NCBI GenBank assembly: GCA_951406725.2
Contig: OX597818.1
Coordinates: forward strand, 10,974,001 to 11,038,000
Direction of reading: 5' to 3'
Length of the DNA: 64,000 nt
DNA from: Octopus vulgaris
Lineage: Eukaryota
The position numbers and the translations under genes were made by a program. The notes beneath the pieces are model-generated. The model searched no databases. It was not told the origin of the DNA and saw only the letters and a list, made by a program, of their open reading frames with translations. Each line of letters starts with the position of its first letter. The stretch's first letter is position 1. Of the stretch, positions 38,912 through 52,291 are shown piece after piece.

Positions 38912-39125
38912 GTCCTTTCTACTAAAGGCACAAGGCCTGACATTTTGGGGGAGGGGACTAGTCAATTACATTGACCTCAATATTTCACTGGTACTTAATT
39001 TATCAATCGTAAAGGATGAATGGAAAATCCAACCTTGGTGGAAGTTGTACTCAGGACATATTAATGGGCGAAATACTGCTAAGCATTTCGTTCAGCATGC
39101 TAACAATTCTGACAGTTCTCCGCCT

Positions 39126-39165
<40 letters not shown>

Positions 39166-39490
39166 TTCAAATTTTTGTACAAGGCCAGCAATTTTGGGGA
39201 GGGGCTGAGTTGATTATGTTAACCCCAGTGCTCCACTGGTACTTATTTTATCAATCCTGAAAATATGAAAGGCAAAGCCAACCTCAGAGAATTTGAACTC
39301 GGAATGCAGCAACGGACAAAATGCCACTAATCGAATTCACTACTAATTTTTTTTTAATAGTTGTAATAATCTATAACATAGGCAAGCAACCAGGCATCTA
39401 GGAAAAGGGAAAAGTTGATTAAATCAATGCCAGTATTTGATTGGTACATTATTTAATCTATTTTGAAGGGTGAAAGGTAAAGTTTAATAA
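38912..39490 (-). mobile_element. Array of SINE family B copies (two clear, one decayed)
   Basis: Same block as 17365-17578, separated by (AAT)n. Confidence 0.75.
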
Positions 39491-39535
39491 GGCCTGTAGA
39501 TTAGGTCATGAGAAAGTGGTGATGATAACACTTTC

Positions 39536-39870
39536 AGCATCATCATCATTACTTAATGTCCGTTTTCCATGCTAGCATGGGTTAGGTTTGACTGGAGCTG
39601 TTTTTGCCTGGTTTCTATGGTTGCAGACCCTTCCTAGTGCCACTCTGCAAAGTATACTGTGTGCCAACTACATGTCACCGGCACCAGTGCCTTTTATGTG
39701 TCACTGGCACTGGCCATGACTACAGTTTCACTTAGCTTGCCATGTCTTCTCAAGTACAACAAATCACCAGAAGCCTCAGTCTCTTGTTACTGCTTCCATG
39801 AGACTCAACAACTGAAGATCACATTTCACTGCCTCATCTCACATCTTCCTTGGTCTAACTCTTGCACAGA
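39536..39870 (-). mobile_element. RTE LINE 3' end
   Basis: (CAT)n, gtccgttttccatgctagcatggg tail, and an RPRK-like ORF remnant near 39840-39865. Confidence 0.65.
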
Positions 39871-40232
39871 AATTGGCATTTCTTGGAAGTACCAACATCT
39901 TGCAAAAAGTACTAACACAATATGACTTGAGAGAGAAAGACCACTTGGTATGTACCTAGTTAAGATCTTACATGTATTAAAAGAGATAATAGTAATAATG
40001 ATAAAAATATTAACAACAGCAATTTCTCAAGCAGTCACAAGGCCTTAAAATTTTGGAAAATGAGAGCATAATCAATTATAGCAACCCTAGTACTTGATGA
40101 TTACTTGTTTTATCTTCAGTGGAAAAATGAAGTCCATACAGGTGAGATTGGTACGAAATGTAATGGGATGAAATTTAATACGAGTAAGATGAAGTATTAG
40201 AATCTGAGAAGATGAGTTAGAAAGAGATATAT

Positions 40233-40448
40233 AAAGGCAGTGAGCTGGCAGAAACATTAGCACACCAGGCGAAATGCTTAGCAGTATTTTGTCTGTCTTT
40301 ACGTTCTGAGTTCAAATTCCGCCGAGGTCGACTTTGCCTTTCATCCTTTCGGGGTAGATTAAATAAGTACCAGTTATGCACTGGGGTCGATATAATCGAC
40401 TTAATCCGTTTGTCTGTGTGTAGCCCCTCGTGGGCAGTAAAGAAATAT
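40233..40448 (+). mobile_element. SINE family B with TSD-like flanks
   Basis: aaggcagtgagctggcagaaac..gtgggcagtaaagaaata; gaatctgagaaga occurs on both sides (about 40200 and 40449). Confidence 0.85.
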
Positions 40449-41567
40449 GAATCTGAGAAGACTAGTTATGGTCTGTGTTAGTGAATATCATCATCATCAT
40501 CACTCTCTCCCATTTTTTCCATGCTTGTATGGGTTAGACAAAACTTGTTGAAACAGATGGATGCTCTTGTTGCCAAGCCCTGCCTGTTTTTCAAGGTATT
40601 TTCAATTTGTAGGTTCTCAAAAAATCAATGAAGCCACTGAAAATATATTGTACAGTGTTCACAAAATGGAATAAATCATTTTGCTGTGAAGAAGAATACA
40701 AAAAGGAATGTTTCTGGCAGAATTCTTCATAAGGGAATGAGAGAAGAGAGAGGGAGAGAGACTCAGACAGAGAAACATAGAGGGATAGAGAAAGAGATAT
40801 TAAATGTTTACAAGTAGAGTTGAATAAATAGATTGAAAGTTTATTTCCTCTTCCATTCAACCAATTCTGCCAGTCAACCAAACAATATTTAAGTATTGCT
40901 ACTAAAAATGTGGACCAACATAGAAAAGAAATTTTGTTTGAGAGGGAGAAGAGTTGGTAACTGGTTACTTCAGTTCTGTAAGACTGTCTAATATACTCAG
41001 GTCTTACTACTGCCTGCATTGTGCCTCTAAACAAAGAAAATAAGTACTACTTCCAATTTCCACAGTTGAGTGGTTAGCAAGCTGGAAAGGGGATCCAATT
41101 GTAAAATGTTTTCCACCCACCTACACTTGTTGGTATGGAATAATAGGTTGGAAACACCTATTGTTGGTAATTCTTAATGCTTAAAATACTATGCTCTTAT
41201 GAGAAGAAAATGACAAACTTGAAGGCTTGTACAAACTCTAAAGAGTTTCTACATTTAAACTACATTATTGCATGCAAGCAATTACAATATCTGGTGGTTG
41301 GTTGTGGCTGAACTATTGACATTTGAATTATATATCTATATATATATATTTATATGTATGTATGTATGGTTACACTGTATATCAAGCTACATCATAATAC
41401 TTTTGTTGTAGTTGTGTCTAGTTTACAACAATGTGACAAAAGTAAGAGGCTAACAAAACAGCAAGATAGCAAAATATATGAGTGACATACAACAAGAGAT
41501 GAATGAAAGTTTTCTTCTGGTTTAGGTTTTAAAGCTTAACTATATAAAATAGAGAAAACTACATAAT

Positions 41568-41610
<43 letters not shown>

Positions 41611-41678
41611 TGTATAAATAGAATGAAGAATATGTATATACATACATATATGTATATACATACATGCATGTATGTATG

Positions 41679-41709
<31 letters not shown>

Positions 41710-42204
41710 ATGTGTGTGTGTGGCATGCTTGTGTCTGGGTGTAAATATATGGAGACAGAAAAACAGATCAGCAGAAGAAGTGAGAGAGGTATGGAGAGAT
41801 ATATCTAAGAATTTAAAGTTTTTTAACATTAAATTTGTTATTATAAATAAGACAAAAAAGACCAATAAATAATTTTTTCTTCTACATATTGATAATATAA
41901 GAGTTGTAAAGTGAATCTTTTTGTAATTATTATATTTTATCATTGTTAATTTAAAGTCCACTTTTCCATGCTTTCATGGGCCAGACAGAATTTATTAAGG
42001 CAGATTTTCTATGGCTGGATGCCTTTCCTGACACCAACCTTCACCTGTTTAGAAGCAAGGTGGTATTTCCCCTTGGCCAGATATGCTTTCATAAATGATT
42101 GGAAATAAATGGCACCGTTTGTGTGACAGTGATGACAACTGTCATGTGATGTCAGGACAAAAAGACATTGGCACAAACACCTACTGTATCATTTCTACTT
42201 TGTC

Positions 42205-42505
42205 ATTTATGATGATGAAGGTTCCAGTTGAGCTGATTGATGGAACAGCCTGCTCGTGAAATTAATGTGCATGTGGCTGGGCTCTCCACAGGTACGTGTA
42301 TCTCTCAAGGAGAGTCAGCATAACACACCGAATGTGACAAGGCTGGTCCTGTGAATTACAGGTACTACTCATTTTTGTCAGCTGAGTGGACTAGAGCAAC
42401 ATGAAATGAAGTGTCTTGCTCAAGGATGTAACATGCTGCTGAGAATTGAACTCATGACCTTAAGATTATGAGCCAAATGCCCTAACCACTAAACCACATG
42501 CTTTC
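42205..42505 (-). mobile_element. SINE family C
   Basis: Reverse-complement match to 15970-16292. Confidence 0.8.
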
Positions 42506-42511
42506 ATTTTA

Positions 42512-42555
<44 letters not shown>

Positions 42556-43412
42556 CATGAAAAATGCATTGAATACTACAAAACATACACACCATGTGGT
42601 GTTTAATTCCTACAAATTGTCTTTGACTGCTTAGGCTGACTTATAGTCCCAGATGCACAGTGTTCAAGCAAAAAAAAAAAAAAAATTATAATAGTAATAA
42701 TTAATAAACGAATAAATTACAAAGACAGAATGGCCATAGTTGGAATGCTTTGATTATAAGATCTGATGTACCAGAACTGACCTGATGCTAAACAACCATT
42801 TAGGGAGCTTCCACATGGTTGTTCTACTTTATAAAACTAGTAGCCAAATCTTCCTAAAGTTACCTTATAAAGAGAAGAAAAGATGTATTTGGTAAATGTA
42901 GTCTTAGATACAAATTTGTTTGAAAAATATAAGACCAGACAGTGGTGGCTGGAATCCCTTTATATGTTTATCAGATCAGGAGCTATGGTCAACCACAGCA
43001 ACCACCTATAACTCCACACTTATTTCTTTCACTCTCTCTTTTTATCCCTCACTCCTTCCAGTTTCTTTTCTCTCAGTTTTTCTCAAATTTCTTGAATTTC
43101 TCAAAAAATGACTCAATCTAAAAAAAATAAGCATAAACCAGGAAAATGTATGTTTGCTGGTGATAATTTCCTTGATAGTCTTTAGAAGCTTTTCTGAAGT
43201 TGGAGATTGTGCAAATGAACAAGCATTAACTATGTTGTACGTAAACAAGATGCTCTAAACACCAGTCATATCTATTGGTAGAAAAACATTAAAGGGGCCA
43301 ACTACACAAAATCCAAGTTTTAACATTCTGCTGAGCTACCTACCAATTACTGAAATTCTAGCAGTATCAAATTTGGCTTGAATCAGCTCTGAACAACTAC
43401 AAACAGAAAGCA

Positions 43413-43930
43413 AGCGCATAATTAGTGTGACTGTGTGCTAAGAAGCTTGCTTCCTAATCACATGGTTCCAGGTTCAGTCCCACTGCGTGGCACCTTGGGT
43501 AAGTGTCTTCTACTATAGCCTCAGGCCAACCAAAGCCTCTTAAGTGGATTTGGTAGAAAGAAACTGAAAGACACCCATCATATATATATATATATATATA
43601 TAAATAATAGAAGGGCAAAATTTACTAATTAAATTAATTAATTAATTGGTGAAGCAGTTAGATGAACCCTAATTATAATTCTATATATGCATGTATGTAT
43701 GTGTGTGTCATTGTGTCTGTGTTTGTTCCCCCTCCACCACTTGACAACTGGAGTTGGTGTGTTTACATCTTTGTAACATAGCATTTCAGCAAAAGAGACT
43801 AATGAAATAAGTTCCATACTTAAAAAAAAAAAAAGTACTGGAGTTGATTCATTTGACTAAAAAATTATTTAAGGCAGTGCCCCATCATGGCCGCAGTCTA
43901 ATGACTGAAACAAATAAAAATATAAAAGAT
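43413..43930 (+). mobile_element. SINE family A with an ~80-bp AT-rich insert in its internal (TA)n
   Basis: Head caggttcagtcccactgcgtggcaccttggg, tail atgactgaaacaaataaaa; insert at ~43602-43681. Confidence 0.8.
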
Positions 43931-45106
43931 GAATACATTGTCCCATAATGCCTGATTTGATGTGGGAGATTTGGCTGCTATTTCTAGTAGTTTAGGACTC
44001 CCAACTCTTTTTGTAAGATGATGGGGGTAGGATCTTGCTGCCAATGTTGTTATTGTTGTCAGTGCTTGTTGTTATTTTAGTTGCTGGAAGAGCAGGGGGC
44101 TGGGTGACAATTCATGTGCTTTTTACATGAACAGCAACACTATTAAGGAGATTTGTTTTTTAGCTTTATTTTTGTTTTTAATTTTACTTTTTTCTTTTCC
44201 TCTTGGGGACTAAAACATGATGAGGAGGAGGGTGGGGAGGCACAGCTGAACTTTGTTTTTATAATCTCCTGGAGGACCAAATAACGATGGAGAAGGAAGG
44301 GCAACCTCTTTCTCTCTGTTAAAATAGAATTTTTTTTTTTTTTGAAAAAATGTCTCCATGTGGTGGTGCCAGTGGCAATGATGATGATCACAGCCATGAT
44401 GATGATAATGGTGGATGTAGGTGATAACGAAGTGGTTGTGGGGGTGGAAGTGTAGTCTTTTGAGTGATGTTGGTGATGATGATTTTCATTAGTAGTGGCT
44501 TGCCTCCTGCTTTTGAAGCTCAGTTGTGGTATGTGATGGCAGTATTGGTAGCAGTGGTAGATGTAGTCTGGTAGTGGTGATAGTTGTTGTTGTTGGTGGT
44601 GGTGACAATATGATGATGATGATGATGGTGGTGGTGGTGACAGTGATGATGAAGGTAATGGTGGTGGTGGTGATGGTAATGACATGGGCAGGGTAATGGA
44701 GGGATTTTGTTAACTGAATGTTTTTCTGTGAACAAAGGTTTTGGTAATTTTACAGTCTACTTACTTCATAGCTTTACCAAAATAATTCCCTCTGAAAGGG
44801 ATATATGTTTCCACTAAAATGGTTCCTTTAGTTAATTTCTTGGAATTTTGAAAAACAGATTCGTCCAAAAGAGTCAAAGGATTTTGTTTTTTGCCTTTAA
44901 GTTTTAAAAGTATGTTATTGTTGTTCTTGTTTTTATTGTCCTTATTGTGATGGGGGTAGTGCAGAGGTTACCTTAAAGAACTGAAAGTCTTTCTGTGAAC
45001 ATATATTTTTGCAGTCATATCCACCCCCAACCCTACCACATGCCTTTTTTTATCATTACCGCACATTCTACAAGGGAAAAAGAAAACTGAATAAGCAACT
45101 GTCTAA

Positions 45107-45372
45107 ATAGTAGTGGTGGTGGTAGCAGTAGTAGTAGCGATGGTGGTGGTGGTAATAGTAGCGGTGGTGGTAGCAGTAGTAGTAGCGATGGTGGTGGTGG
45201 TAATAGTAGCGGTGGTGGTAGCAGCAGTAGTGGTGGTGGTGGTAATAGTAGTGGTGGTGGTAGGAGTAGTAGTAGCAGTGGTGCTAGCTGCAGTAGTAGA
45301 AGTAGTAGTGGTGATGGTAGTTGTAATAGTGGTGGTAATGGTGCTGGTAGCAGCAGCAGTAGTAGTAGTAGT
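45107..45372. repeat. Compound (GTG/GTA)n trinucleotide tract with a duplicated ~50-nt higher-order unit
   Basis: Directly visible; source of the poly-Val and poly-Thr ORFs. Confidence 0.9.
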
Positions 45373-45796
45373 TTCTCTTATTGACCACCAGGGCCTCCTA
45401 AGATGTTGGAGACTGATTGTAGAAACGCAAATTATCCAAAGGAAAACAATTAGCAAAAAAAAAAAAAAACCAGAAGAAACAATAGGAGATCCATACCAGG
45501 AGGTTATAAGAATGGGGTCAACAAAGTAATATAGGCATTAGTATATAATAGATAAAAACAAATATGCAAAGCAAGAATGAAGCCCCAAAGAATGGATGAT
45601 TTTCGGGGCACCACACACACAACAACAGTGAGCCTTGACCTTCCCAAAGGAAAATGCTTTCTCCAAGTTTTTGCCACCTACCAACAGCTATTTAGTAAAT
45701 AATATAAATTCATTTTCAATGTCCACACCCTTTCTCATTTTTCATAGAAGTTACTGGAGTGATTTAGATTGGAATGAAGTGTAGTAGTTGATTTAA

Positions 45797-46160
45797 CCCT
45801 TTGACATTTAAACAGGTCCTAATATTTTTATCTGTTTCATGTTCAAACCAGCCAGATTTGATCTCTTGCACCTACCCTACAATGTCATTCTAAAAATGCA
45901 GCAATCACATTATTGAACTCTTAAAACTATGAGATAATGCCTAATTACTCTTACTCTTTTACTTGTTTCAGTCATTTGACTGTGGCCATGCTGGAGCACC
46001 ACCTTTAGTCAAGCAAATCGACCCCAGGACTTATTCTTTGGAAGCCTAGTACTTATTCTATTAGTCTCTTTTGTCAAACCACTAAGTTACGGGGATGTAA
46101 ACACACCAGCATCGGTTGTCAAGTGATGTTGGGGGGACAAACACAGACACACAAACATAT

Positions 46161-46207
<47 letters not shown>

Positions 46208-46439
46208 TACGACAGACTTTTTTCAGTTTCCGCCTACCAAATCCACCCACAAGGATTTGGTCGGCCTGGGGCTATAGTAGAAGACAATTGCCCAAAGTGC
46301 CATGCAGTGGGACTGAACCTAGAACCATGCGGTTCGTAAGCAAGCTACTTACCACACAGCCACCCCTATGCCTATTAATTCAAAATAATGTAAATAAATA
46401 AGCTTTAGCACTTGACAGAAAAATCTGAATGATAAAGTG
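45797..46439 (-). mobile_element. TTAA MITE containing a SINE A insertion (45947-46372, minus)
   Basis: ttaa|ccctttgacatttaaac at the start; the MITE resumes at attaattcaaaataatg after the SINE. Confidence 0.75.
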
Positions 46440-46579
46440 TTAGGTGTCTCCAATAGTTGATTGGTAATTCATGTTGTTGAGCTCAAAAGGTTGAAGGCAA
46501 GATCCAACTAAATTTCATAAAACACTTTGCTTAATGCTCTACCAATTCCATCAAACTATCACAACAACAATAATGATGC

Positions 46580-46980
46580 TTTCAAATTTTAGCACAAGGC
46601 CAGCAAGTTTTGAGGCAGGTTGTAAATCAATTACATTGATCCCAGTTTTCAACTGGTACTTATTTTGTTAACCCCAAATGGATGAAAGGCAAACTTGACC
46701 TTGTTAAAATTTGAATTCGGAATGTAAAGACAGATGAAATGCTGTTAAGCATTTTTCTCAGCATCTTAACAATTCTGCCACTGTCTCAACACCAGCTCAC
46801 TGCCTTAGATAATAATAACAATAGTAATAATAAAAAATTATTTCTACTGGAAGCACAAGGCCTCAAATTTGGGGGAAGAGATTAAGTCGTTTACATCAAT
46901 CCCCAGTGCGTAACTGATATTTATTTAATCGACCCCCGAAAGGATGAAAGGCAAAGTCGACCATGGTGGTATTTGAACTC

Positions 46981-47011
<31 letters not shown>

Positions 47012-47150
47012 TTTCATTCTACAATAGGCACAGGGCCTGAAATTTGGAGGAGGAAGATAGTTGATTACATTGACCCCAGTACTCAACTGGTACTTATTTT
47101 ATTGACCCAGAAAGGATAAAAGGCAAAGTCAACACCAGCTCACTTCCTTA
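46580..47150 (-). mobile_element. Three head-to-tail SINE family B copies with (AAT)n spacers
   Basis: Repeated gcacaaggcc..cccag..ctggtacttatttt..gaaaggcaaagtc blocks. Confidence 0.8.
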
Positions 47151-48002
47151 GATATAATAATAATAATAATAATAATAATATAATAATGATGATGATGATT
47201 ATAATTGTAATTTCTTTTTATTTGCTACCTGGATGACATCTGAGGGAGACAATTTGAAAAACTGACATAAAGGATGCAGGATTAATGTGTAAGGTGAAAT
47301 GGGTTAAAAAAAATTTGAGCATCAGATTAGATATAGCAGCATCTGTCCTTGATCTTTGCATTCTGATGAGAATGCTTGTGCTGTCACTTGGTGCTCAAAG
47401 TGTGTTGGCTCATACTTCTCCTTTGGATAATATTAGCGGAATTGAGAAAGACAACTGCGGACTTCTATAAATAATAAAAAAACCTGTCCAAGACTCTCTC
47501 ACTCACACATATACAAGTACACTTAAAAAACAAGATGCAGTTTCTATCTACTGAATATCAATTATATGGACCCAATGTTACAGTTGAAGACTCTTGCCCA
47601 AAGTGCCTTCACAGTGGAATAAAACCCCAAACCAAATTGGTTGAAGCAAATTTCTGAACTTCACAGTCATATCTGTGTCTTTCACTGCTATGTCTAATAC
47701 ACATGGTGAAACCAAAACATTCACAAATATATATTTACTAGCATGTTATATCTATATTTATTTCAGTCATTCTATCTATTTATCTAACTTTCTCTCTCTC
47801 TCATATATATATGCACACAAATATATACACACACACATTTTATGTGTGTGTGTGTGTGTGTGTGTGCATGTATGTATCACGTAAAACAAATCAAGAATAT
47901 CAATGTGTGTGCATTGAACATAATACAAACCAATTATCTCAGTGTGTGTCAGTGCAAGAGAGAGAAAGAAAGAGAGAGAGAGAGAGTGTGTGTTTGTATG
48001 TG

Positions 48003-48185
48003 TGAGAATGTATTTGAGTACATCCCACAAAAAAGGAATAATACATAAATAAATATATTGATTTGAAAGGTTCTTGGTTTTCTCTTTAAAACTTCAGATC
48101 TACATTAGCCAGGAGCTGCTTTTAACCCTTCACAAAGTTGAGCCCTAGAAAGTTTTTCTCTTCTATTTTGCACTCATATTCTCCA
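48003..48185 (+). repeat. Copy 1 of a dispersed duplication of otherwise unique sequence (partner 55214-55390)
   Basis: atattgatttgaaag(g/a)ttcttggttttctctttaaaacttcagatcta..gctgcttttaaccctt..ccctagaaa..tttttctcttctattttgcact shared. Confidence 0.9.
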
Positions 48186-48734
48186 CTTTCTTTTCTTTAC
48201 ATATATGGATACATACATACATGTATGTATGTATATGTGTACATGTAAATATATATATGTACATATTAAGTTTTTACCATATAAGCTTGGAGTATGTACA
48301 TAATCATCCATTCACATAAATCTAAAACATTTTTTTTACCACATACACACACACACACACATATACACACATAGTGCAAAAGTAAAAAAAAAAAAAGCAT
48401 AACGACAAACTAAAAACAAGCATAGTTTTCTCTTTGTATACAGGCATTCACATGCAACTGTAGCAAAATATAAATTTCTTTATAATTTGGTTAAAAGAAA
48501 TCAGCTCAGCAAAGTTTTGGAAGACATTTGAAAATATCACAAAAAGGAAAATATTCAGGAGACAAAATTTAGAATATAAAGTGCATATATATTTTCTATG
48601 CACTTTATAAAATGTAAAAAATATAAAGTGTATATATATTTTAATGACTGTTTTACCTTTTTCTTGGAGCACTGCATTGTGAAATCTTTCCTAATTACCT
48701 CTTCCTCGGCCCCTGATAGACTTTGTGTTTGTAT

Positions 48735-49130
48735 ACTCTTTACTCTTTTACTTGTTTCAGTCATTTGACTGCGGCCATGCTGGAGCACTGCCTTTAGTCG
48801 AGCAAATCAACCCCAGGACTTATTCTTTGTAAGCCTAGTACTTATTCTATTGGTCTCTTTTGCCGAACCGCTAAGTTACGGGGATGTAAACACACCAGCA
48901 TCAGTTGTCAAGCGATGTTGGGGGGACAAACACAGACACATACATATATATTTATATACATATATACGACGGGCTTCTTTCAGTTTCCTTCTACCAAATC
49001 CACTCACAAGGCTTTGGTTGGCCCGAGGCTATAGTAGAAGACACTTGCTCAAGGTGCCACACAGTGGGACTGAACCCGGAACCATGTGGTTGGTAAGCAA
49101 GGTACTTACCACACAGCCACTCCTGCGCCT
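48735..49130 (-). mobile_element. Young SINE family A
   Basis: Near-identical reverse complement of 12461-12848. Confidence 0.9.
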
Positions 49131-49363
49131 ATATCCTTCAACCCCTGATAGAACTGGGGTTGCTTTTCATTTCACTTAATTTGTATGTAATTATGTTAAT
49201 ACCTTCAATGAGATTAAGACAGTTTAACACACACATATAACAAATGAACACACACATGTAAAACCCCATTTGGACAGATAGATGGATACATGGATTTTTG
49301 TGGTTCAAAACTTGCATGTTGATCTGTGTGTGGGTGTGTATATATATATAAATATATATATAT

Positions 49364-49443
<80 letters not shown>

Positions 49444-49471
49444 TCTGGGGAGAGTCATATATATATTTTTA

Positions 49472-49669
49472 TATGAGGAGTTGCTGAAAGGTTCCTAGCT
49501 TTAAGGGTATTGCAAAAGGCCTGGTTTACAAGGCTTAGAAAAAAACTGAAGGATTGCTGCAATAAGTGTATGAATCTGAGAGTGGAATATGTTGAATAAA
49601 ATCATAATCAACTGGTCCTCCTGTATTTTCCTCTACCCAAAGCCAGGAGCTTTACAGCAACCCCTCGTA
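49472..49669 (+). mobile_element. Mariner-derived MITE with TA TSD
   Basis: TA|tgaggagttgctgaaaggttcctagcttt ... aaagccaggagctttacagcaacccctcg|TA TIRs; internal NKCMNLRVEYVE* resembles a mariner transposase C-terminus. Confidence 0.85.
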
Positions 49670-49834
49670 TAACCCACTTTGATAGTTCTTTATTTTCACA
49701 AACACGGGAGTATATGTGCTTTGCTAGCTCTTATAGAATCTACATGCATGGATGTATTCATATATATATAGATGTGTATGTGTGTACAGGTTTGCTGAAA
49801 CAAGGGGGAAAATAGAACTCAAAACAAGAGTATA

Positions 49835-50510
49835 TGCCAGGTTTAATCAAAAGTTTTTTGAACTTCAAGCTTCCATTAAGAGTTAAAACAAATCAACTGC
49901 AAAAAGCATTTAATCATCAAAATATATCCCTTCATATATGTTGTATGTTGCCATCATTGTGTCAGAAGATCAATTCCATACTTAGACCATTTAGCAGGTT
50001 TAGAAACAAAAAGCTCCCTTCACCCGTTTTAAACCTTATCTGCATTGTTCAACCTCTGTCCATACAGGAAATGAGTCACAGCTTGGAGAAAGTGGTAATT
50101 TGATGGTGTAAGGTCTGACTTTCAGACAGGGCGTGGCAGCACCTCCAGTCCCTTAAGTTTCTCAAGTTTGTGCTTGGTGACATCAAAAGTGTAAGCTAGG
50201 GCATTTCATGCTGTAGGAGTGCACATCAATTGACCAATGTTAGGTAACAAGCTTTCAAAACATAATATACTTGCTGCAGTTGTTGAGCATAACAGTTCAT
50301 GTTCACAGCATGGGTACTTGAGACAAGCTCAAAGTGCAACACTCCCTTTCAAAATTCCACCAAACACACTACATGACCTTCTGTTCAAACTGCCTTTGAT
50401 AGATAACAGGTTCTCAAGCCTGGCAGAATGAAACCACTGACCTTGTCTTATCAGGATTGCTAAAATAGGTCCATTTTTCATCTCCAGCTACAATTCAGCA
50501 TCAAAAACAG
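49835..50510 (-). pseudogene. Mariner transposase catalytic-domain remnant
   Basis: Minus strand gives IVAGDEKW (GDEKW at 50485-50471), KVM*CVWWNF, LLQHE, EVLPRP..SDLTPSNYHFL and EGIYFDD*; multiple stops and frameshifts. Confidence 0.88.
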
Positions 50511-50990
50511 GTGTTGAACTGGCAGAATTGTTAGCATGCCAGGTAAAATGTTTAGAGGTATTTCGTCTAACTTTACATTCTGATTTCAAATTGCACTGAG
50601 ACTGATTTTGCCTTTCATCCTTTCAGGGTCAATGAAATAAGTACCAGTTGAGCCCTGGGGTCAATGTATTCGACTAGCCCCCTCCCCCAAATTTCAGGCC
50701 TTGTGCTTATAATAGAAAGGATTATTATTATAATAATTATGGAAGCAACAAACTGACAGAATTGTTAGTAAGTTGGACAACAATAGTAATAATGCTTTCA
50801 AATGTTGGTATAAGGCCAGCAGTTTTTGGGAGGGAGTAAGTTGATTATATCAACCAAAATGCTCAACTGGTACTTATTTTATTGACCCCAAAAGGATGAA
50901 AGACATCGTTGACTTGTTGGAATTTGAACTCAGAATGTAGCAGTGGATGTAATGCCACCAAGCCCCCCCCCCCCCAGTGCTAATGATTCG
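50510..50990. mobile_element. Tail-to-tail inverted pair of SINE family B
   Basis: Plus copy 50510-50740 and minus copy 50795-50990. Confidence 0.75.
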
Positions 50991-51295
50991 TTACCTGAAT
51001 CATTATCATTATCATAATATATAGGTACAATAGTGGCTATGTGGTTAAGAACATTGCTTTGCAGTGACATGATTTTGGATTTAATCTTAGTGTATTGCAC
51101 CTAAAGCTAGTGCCCTATGCCGTTGTCTCAGACTAACCTTGTTAGTGAATCATTGAACTCATTGAAACTTTGCATTTCCTATCAATCAATAAATGAAGTG
51201 ATATTGCCAGAATGTCAAAAGTGCTTCATGAAGTGCTTTGCAGTATCTATTTCAGCTTTCTATCCTTTTGAGTTCAAATCATATGCCTCCTGTCA

Positions 51296-51686
51296 TCTCT
51301 TCTCTCTCTATATAAACGGCAGTTTGTCTGTGCGTGTTTCTGTGTGTCTGTTTGCTTGTACCCTCACTCTGACCACGGCTTTCAACCGATTCTGATGAAA
51401 CTTGACACACACATAGCCCAATGTCATAATTCAAAACTAACGCAGTGAAAATTTTGAAAAGTTCCCCCAGTTCAGAAAAAGATCGATAAATTCGACATGG
51501 GGTCGACAATCAGGAACACAAACCGCAGATGGTGTAGGGGACGCAACTCGGCCTTTTTAACTATCAAAAAAAAATTTACCATAATTTTTTTCCCATTTTT
51601 TTTGCTATTTTTTGGCTATAACTCTCTAAAAGTGCTTTATAGTTATTTCCCTTACAAACCCGAGCAACGCCGGGCGATACTGCTAG
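51296..51686 (+). mobile_element. Non-autonomous Helitron
   Basis: 5' A|TC..tctatataaa, subterminal hairpin cccg-agcaacgc-cggg (51659-51674), 3' CTAG|T, no TSD, CpG-rich. Confidence 0.85.
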
Positions 51687-51967
51687 TCACAAATAAAAAA
51701 AAAAGAAGAAATGGACCTTTGGAACCAGGTAAAAAATTAATGAAGAACTCGAAAAGTTTTTAAGCAAATGAGCTCAAGTATTTCAGCTGATCGCTCTCAA
51801 AACCAGTTTCCTTAACTTGTATGAAAGGATGCAAGATGTTCAAGTTCTCTGTGTTCTCTGTTATTTTACATGTTCATCATTTTACATACATATATTTATA
51901 TATATATACACACACATATATACATATATATACATATATACACACACACATATATATATATATATAG

Positions 51968-52291
51968 GAGCACTCCGTCAGTTGTGACGACAAGGGTCCC
52001 AGCTGATAAGATCAACAGAACAGCTTGCTCATGAAATTAACGTGTAAGTGGCTGAGCACTCCACAAACACATGTACCCTTAACATAGTTCTCGGGGAGAT
52101 TCAGCGTGACCTAGTGTGTGGCAAAGCTGGCCCTTTGAAATACAGGTACTACTCATTTTTGCCAGCTGAGTGGACTGGAGCAACGTGAAATAAAGTGTCT
52201 TGCTCAAGGACATAACGCGCCGCCAGGAATTGAACTCACGACCTTACGATCATGAGTGGAATGCCCCTAGTCACTAAGCCACGCGCTTTCA
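51968..52291 (-). mobile_element. Young SINE family C
   Basis: Reverse-complement match to 15970-16292, CpGs intact. Confidence 0.85.

Noticed and set aside
44143-45529. Long poly-Pro/Ser/His, poly-Thr and poly-Val ORFs
   Set aside because: Trinucleotide repeat tracts with no domain motif or convincing splice boundaries.
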